Source: the human T2T-CHM13v2.0 reference genome, Homo sapiens. Taken from it: a stretch of DNA of 64,000 bases. Of this stretch, positions 56,315-64,000 are shown piece after piece. Below the pieces are notes generated by a model. That model saw nothing but the letters and a program-made list of their open reading frames with translations, searched no databases and was not told the DNA's origin. The position numbers and the translations under genes were made by a program. The stretch lies in assembly GCF_009914755.1 (NCBI RefSeq), contig NC_060938.1; one strand, 5' to 3'. Every line of letters begins with the position of its first letter. Within the stretch, counting starts at the first letter, position 1.

Positions 56315-56747
56315 CAATAGCAAAGACTTGGAAACAAACCAAATGTCCATCACTGATAGACTGGATTAAGAAAATGTGGCACATATACACCATGGAATAC
56401 TATGCAGCCATAAAAAAGGATGAGTTCATGTCCTTTGCAGGGACATGAATGAAGCTGGAAACCATCATTCTCAGCAAACTATCACAAGGACAGAAAACCA
56501 AACACCACATATTCTCACTCATAGGTGGAAATTGAACACCAAGAACACATGGACACAGGGCAAGGAACATCACACACCAGGGCCTGTCAGGGGGTCGGGG
56601 GCTGGGGGAGGGATAGCATTAGGAAAAATACCTAATGTAAATGACGAGTTGATGGGTGCAGCAAGCCAACATAGCACATGTATACCTATGTAAGAAACCT
56701 GAATGTTGTGCACATGTACCCTAGAACTTAAAGTATAATAAAAAAAA
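56315..56747 (+). mobile_element. 5'-truncated L1PA (older than L1PA2/3, roughly L1PA5-7) 3' end
   Basis: Homologous to 45470-45890 but with gacGAGttgatggg and cttAaagtataat; TSD ttttgtatcttcc / ttttgtgtcttcc. Confidence 0.93.
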
Positions 56748-56996
56748 TTTTGTGTCTTCCATGGCATCTAGTAACATGCTTTTGTGAGCATAGAATTTTA
56801 AGTAGTTGGTAATTTTAACTAACTAAGAATAATCTCAAACACCTTCTTCAGATGAATGATCACAAGTTGGGGGAAATGATCGACTCACCCACATGGAGGA
56901 CACTTGCACTCCATTTTTCCTTGAACAGCCAGAGTAGTCCCAGAAAAAGTTAGTGAACTTTGTAGGAAGCAATGCTGCATATGAAAAGGGAACACA

Positions 56997-57304
56997 TGCC
57001 GGGTGTGGTGGCTCATGCCTGTAATCCCAGCCCTTTGGGAGGCCGAGTTGGGCGGATCATCTGAAGTCAGGAGTTGGAGACCAGCCTGGCCAACATGGCA
57101 AAACCCTGTCTGTACTAAAAACACACACACACACACAAAATTAGCCAGGTGTGGTGGCACACGCCTGTAATCCCAGCTACTCAGGAGGCTAGGGAGGGAG
57201 AACCTAGGAGATGGAGGTTGCAGTGAGCCGAGATCACACCACTGCACTCCAGCCTGGGTGACAAGTGAGACTCTGTCTGGAAAAAAAAAAAAGAAGAAGA
57301 AAAA
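56997..57304 (+). mobile_element. AluS with (AC)n expansion in the middle linker
   Basis: TSD gaaaagggaacaca / gaaaaggaaacaca; (AC)8 at 57121-57136. Confidence 0.96.
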
Positions 57305-59269
57305 GAAAAGGAAACACAAACTTTGGAGTTGGAAAATAATTGTCTTTGATTCCCAACTATGCAGCTTCCTAAAATTTGAATGTGGGTAATTTATTTGCTA
57401 CTCTCAACCTATGTTTTACCAATTATTAAATAAAAGCCTGCTCATTGCTTTAGACTTATTCTACCCAAAATATCTTATTCCAAGGCCACACACTGAATCT
57501 GTTCATTGCAAAAAGCTACTCTGCATAGGATTGATCCCAGCCTCCAAGATAGATACTCCATGGGAATACACAACTTGTTCTTAACTTACCAGTGCAGTCT
57601 CAGTTCCTTTAGCACATTGTTGAATATGTGCCATAAGACGATTCAGTCGAAATGATCTCCAATATTTTACAGAATAAATCTTTTTTTTTAGATCATATGA
57701 AGTGTGCGTATGGTACCTATTGGAGCTATCTTGAGCCCATATAAAGAGTAAGCTTTAGAATGACGGCGACTCACAGAGAAAGCTAAGAATCATCAGAAAA
57801 TGAAAATCGTAAGTCTCATCAAAACTTAATTGATGTTTGCCCTCAGTAACTCTAGATTTTTCAGCTAATTGTTGTGGAAGCCCCTCATCATCTCTTCTGA
57901 TTCACTTTTGGGATTTATTGCTCCCATTCCCAGCTATATGTTTTTTGCATGTTATTAAGCATCTTAAATCCCCACAGTCTCCTGAGAAATAAGAGAAAAA
58001 ATAAATCTAAAGAGCCAGTCATCAAAATTAATTTTATTTAGAAGAAACATGACCAAAAAAAGATTATCTGTAAATATATTTTTCTAAGATATCCTAATAT
58101 GATTACTAAACATAAGAAACTAGTTCTCTCTTCTTTGGGGTAGACAGAAGCAATGCACTCAAATAAAACTGTCAGTTCAATGATCTTTTCAGGTAGACAG
58201 ATACACTTAAGGGAACATTTGAACAGTATCATGTCAATTTACAAATGGCTTAATTTCTAAAAATGGATTATTTTATACACATAGCATTTATTTTCCTTAT
58301 TGCAATGCAAAAAAATACGCATTATGTGTCATTGCTTACAAAGCATAGGTACACTTTGTACTTTGCTGTACTAATGACTGATAAAAAATAAAATGGCAGC
58401 ATTGCACTGCTAACAGCAGTAATTGGAGTGCATCCCCTCCTAGATCCTTGATATAGTTGTCTGTTGAGAGATGGCAGATTAGTATCAATAGCTCATTTTT
58501 CTTTTTTATAAAGATATCAAGAACCATTTATTTTTTTTTAAATCACCTCATTTAGTTTAATTTATTGGCCCTTCATACTCACATTTCTTTCTGAGATCAG
58601 TTCTGAGCTTGCACAGCCTATTTTATGTTACCATCAGAACCTTTACGCTGAGCAAAAAAATGAATGTCAAAGATTTAGCCTAAGGCTATCTTGAATCATT
58701 TCCCAGAGATAGTTATTCTTTCTGGAACTCTATTCCTATTTTCTTAAATAACTTGCAGTACAAAAAGATGTCAGTTTAAGAACAGCGATTCCTGTATCTA
58801 TGTGCCATGTAAGATTTTACTCCCTAAAATATGGAAGATTGCTTATTTATAGAGGTTTCTTATTCTGTTACTTTAATTGAGAATCCTGAACCTTTTATAT
58901 GAGTCAATTATGAAAAATTATACAAATATTTGCATAAATAAAGTTAACATTTGAATAAACAAGGATAAATCTGTTTAGTGATCTAAAAGTCTTTAAAAGC
59001 ATAAACGTTTGAATTATAAATGGAATCAAATAATTAGGAGACAGAATAATGCTGAAAGAAGAAGTTTCAGTAGGAAAAACTGTAAGAATGCTCAATTGCA
59101 TTTCATTTAACACATTTTGAAAAAGGACCATAGATTTTGGCCACAGGTGAGAGCAATCAACAAACAATAATAATATATTTTAGTGTATACTTTTCATTAT
59201 AATCAACACTATAATCAATAGCATTAGTATCAAAACACTGGAATGTTTAGTTGTGCACTAATTAAGATG

Positions 59270-59527
59270 ATATAGCCTGGTAGGAAAGAACACTGGATCT
59301 GGAACTAGAGTGTTTACATATGGATTCCAATTCTTTCACTTATGACCTGTGTAATATTGGGCAGGTGATAAAATCTCCTAGGGTATTATTTTCTCCACCA
59401 GAAAATTGGAAGTAATCAATTGTGGCTACCTGTTAGATTTTTATGAGAAAAGAATTAACATAAGTAAATCATGTAGCACAATGCCTGGCTTATAGTTAGC
59501 ACCCCATAAATGTTCATTGCTATTATT
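59270..59527 (+). mobile_element. Near full-length MIR
   Basis: cacttatgacctgtgtaatattgggcaggtg core; 3' end gcacaatgcctggcttatagttagcac...ataaatgtt. Confidence 0.8.
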
Positions 59528-59599
59528 TTTATTTTGTTGTGATTTTATTTTGGTTATATTATTTTTTGGGTGAAGAGAACTGTGTAACTTCAAGTCTTA

Positions 59600-60405
<806 letters not shown>

Positions 60406-61300
60406 TTGTGTTTTGTCTTCAGCATGTTTGGGACTGTGATGTCCATAGGGTCAATCTTCTCCACATGAAGACATGATTGTATTTTTTTAATATTGCCTTG
60501 GATCTATATGTCAGTGTCCCAGTTCTGTAATAGCAACCATTCTTCTTGGTATTGAATTCACTTTTTTCTATTTCATTTTTTCCTGTTAATTTTTAATCAC
60601 ATTTAATTTTCTTTATTTAAGTTGTACCTTCTTATCATGTAAGAGTGCATGGGAATTTTTGTATTCTTGGTTTCTCTTTTACTAATTTTTTCATGTTTGT
60701 TTCTTCTGGTTATAGCTAAATGTGTTAAATCATAGTGTAGAATATGAGACATTCTTAAGTTTGATTCTACTACGATTATGAATTTTCGTATATTTATTCA
60801 TACTTTAGGGATGATTTTTTTCCATTTGTATACTGTTAGTTAGCTACTTAGGTCACCCTAGGTAACATAAATGTTGGAATTACTACTTTCTTGGACAACT
60901 TCTTTCTGCTCCCATAAGCCAATCTTAATTTATCTTTCAGGATGTCTCTGAAGTCTCTCTTCAGCCAGGAGGCTTTTCCTATTGAAGCACTCTGGGGCAC
61001 ATTGATTTCTCCTATGTTTTAACTTCAAACATGGCATCATCTGAAACCTATATTTTGGTTTGTAATTATGATGTGCTTTATAATGTACTTTATGGTTTCT
61101 GCAAATATAAGTTTTTATTCTTGACTAAGGTTTTACACAGCTTGAAGTCAAGGATGGTGTCATATGTCTTATGTGCCTAACACACTGTACCATGTTAGGC
61201 ATTCATAGTACCTAACATGCTGAAAACACACACTTTTTTTGATTTAGATTATATCATGTTAATGAAGTGTGATGATAAATAACAAACTAAAAAGCTAGTA

Positions 61301-62428
61301 AATGTGACCTTCAAGCAAATTGGAAGTTAGTGGTACCTATCTCAACACAGTTGAAAATTTTTGTATAATTTTTGACTTTCCCTAAACTTAAGTATAGATA
61401 GTAGTTAGTAATTAAGTTTTAGGAGAGTCAAAAGTCAAAATATGTGTTAATCAAATGTTGTATGTTAGCGGTAAGTAAGGCTTCTAGTCAGAAGTAGAAG
61501 CCTTACTGCTAACGTAAAACAGTTAACACATATTTTGTATGTTGTATGTATTATATACTCTATGCTTACAATGAACTAAGCTAGAGGAAAAACTCTTATT
61601 AAGAAAATGATAAGAAAGAGAAAATACATTTACAGTCTGCACTGTTTTGTGTTTATCAGTACCATAAGTTTACATCATCCGTTTACACGATGAACCACCT
61701 GTCTGAAAAAGCATGCAATCGCAGCTACAGACCTCAATCTGCAGTACACATCAAGCAATTCAACTTTTTCTAGTAATGTCATGATTTTTCTCTGCTTGGG
61801 ATCACTTTCAGCATCACTACTGGCACTTCGTAGGGGTCCAATGGTGTTATTCAAGGGTTGCAGTGTTACACTAAACACGATAAAAATACAAGAGAAGCAC
61901 AGAGAGATCACTTTTACTGCAATATGCATTTTACTGAATAGGCAAACTGCTCAGTGTACAATTGGACATGATTAATATCTCATAGCATTTTAAGCAGATG
62001 CTCCCAACACTTGAGTTCACTGCAATAGCAATAGGAGTACAGAATGTATTACAGTTAATTGTATGCAGTTTTGATTTAATACTGCATCTTTATGCTTGGT
62101 TGTATTTCCCTTAACTGTGAATGGTGCCATGTAAAGTCTGGGAGTGTTTATATGCCTAAGATTTGATAGATTTTAATGTTTTATAATAGATTTGTGCATA
62201 TTTTATGGTAGTAAATGATAAAATACACTAGTATTTACATATATTTATGCATTCATGGCATAATTGTTTTCTTGTTTTTTTTGATATTTCTAGATTATGG
62301 GTTTGTCTGCAAGGTTTTTTTCAAATTGGCACAAATTTCCAAAAAGGTTTCTGAAATATTTATTGAAAAAAAATCCACATATCATTGGAGCCACACCAAT
62401 CAAACCTGTGTTGTTCAAGGGTCAACTG
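61301..62428 (-). mobile_element. Tigger2-family (Tigger2b-like) internally deleted Tc1/mariner DNA transposon
   Basis: TIR tgttgttcaagggtcaactg followed by TA; degenerate left TIR preceded by TA; antisense remnant KQRKIMTLLEKVELLD resembles the CENP-B-like transposase N-terminus. Confidence 0.88.
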
Positions 62429-64000
62429 TATTCTCTAAAGTCTCAATTCATGAACTCAATGCTTTCATTTGCAGTAGTTTATCTACTTTGTAAAATATAT
62501 CTTTTTGAGGAAATAAACATGTATACTTAAATTCATCTCACCAATATGGCGCACCTGCAAGTATAATCGTTGTTTTCTTTATTTTCTGCCCTGATGGTTA
62601 TTTTGTTATCCAGAAGTTTCTTGGACCTGTGATCATTTTCACAGTAAAGTAATGTGATCATTTATGGGTTTTCAGGTATCCATTTTGTTAATCTAACTGA
62701 AATCTTTAAAAACATTTAGAAAGCTGCATTCTACATATTTACAGTCAGATCACCTTGAAAAAGTCAACTTTGATAATATTTTAGCCTTGAAGACAATCTA
62801 TTATTGATTAGTTATAGAAAGCAAAAATCAGTTGTGATATGCACATGGTAATCAGTAATTCTGTACTGTGTTTCTCTGATATTTTCTTTTGAATTCTCTT
62901 TCATTTTTTATATTATTGGAATTGCTCTGGAAATGTTTATACATATTTTAAATAATGGCAATAGGACACTATGACACTAAAGAATATTATAATCAAACAG
63001 TAGAAAGATATTTCCTATTTATTGTATTAATATTCATCTGAAATAGTAAAAGTCTTCATACTAAGAAATTCACTCCTATCCTGAAGCTTATCATAGTCCA
63101 GTCAACAGGATACTTACTCTTTGACTACAAGTCTTGTAAAGGTTTCAGCCAAAAATCAATACTTGACTATCAGAAGTAAAATAACTATACTTTATTTGCC
63201 CCTTGTTATACTAAAGTTTTCTTTTACATTTCAGTAGATAATTTTAGTGTTTGCTATTACAGTAATTGCTTGACAAATTTTATACTGACATGAATAAATA
63301 GCAGGAGCTTAGTACTTTGTTGTTTTAGTTTTTATTAGAACATGAAGTTACCTTTTATGGTCACCTCCGACCAGAGTAGCTATATTTCCATGGAATATCA
63401 GGAAAATGTCAAAATCAACAAAATTTGTACTAACAGCCATGTCTCAGATTCAATGACAGGGCTCTAATGTTTAGTTGGGCATTTTAGAAATAAACATGGC
63501 CACGTGTTGTAATCCCTACCTGTAAACATGTATAGTGGTTGTAAAGCTGGGAATATTATCTTGTCCAGAAGCAATTTGTATCTGGATACAGAAGGTGGAT
63601 CTTTACTAAACTTGGAAAAGCAGTTCAAGTGACCAAATAAAAAAAATAAATAAATAAACCTGCCAAGTAATTTCTTGAGGGCTTGCTTTTATTTTATTTT
63701 TTATATTTTGGGTACCCGAACAGAAATTTTGTACATGCTTTCTGTTAAAATTAAAATAATTTCATTTCTGGAGATGACTTAAACTTCTTTATAAAAGATG
63801 TCCATAATAATTACAACTTGAAAAATAGTGTATAAAACTAGTAGAATTCTTGTGTTTGTTTTTTTCTTTTGATTTTCCTTATATGGATATCTTGGAAACT
63901 AAATAAGGCAGTGATCTTTGTTCTCATATTGTAATGTGTAAATATTTCAGAATCTAGATATTTAAATAGCATCTAATAATAGATCAGAATAAATTATCTC

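Noticed and set aside
57692-57808. Plus-strand 117-nt coding exon (ttttttttttag|...|gtaagt)
   Set aside because: Stops in all three frames; weak exonic donor context (ATC|gt); overlaps the stronger minus-strand candidate. A non-coding use cannot be excluded
61191-61219. 9-bp inverted repeat catgttagg / cctaacatg
   Set aside because: Short enough to arise by chance in 64 kb of AT-rich DNA

Overview
AT-rich, repeat-dense primate genomic DNA, very likely human because it contains an L1 with L1Hs diagnostic bases. I recognise no host protein-coding exon, RNA gene or CRISPR-like array, and every long ORF is transposon-derived. The main element is a full-length, TSD-flanked L1Hs (39871-45923; Ta-0, or pre-Ta with a CpG-decayed diagnostic). 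Its ORF1 and ORF2 are disabled, but its 5'UTR and antisense ORF0 are intact. Also present: a 5'-deleted HERV9 provirus with its 3' LTR12 fused to half an Alu, MSTA and THE1D MaLR proviruses, solo LTRs (LTR12, MER50, LTR40, THE1D), an internally deleted L1PB, about 11 Alus, L2/MIR relics and Tigger2/MER DNA transposons. Sequence outside the repeats shows a near-perfect 33-bp-stem hairpin, other fold-back structures, a 180-bp tandem duplication and two minus-strand exon-like segments. Together with the strong + strand bias of L1/LTR elements, this suggests an intron of a minus-strand transcription unit. Subfamily names come from recalled consensus sequences, and boundaries of old repeats are approximate. 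I cannot demonstrate a new biological system; the best hypotheses are flagged as such.
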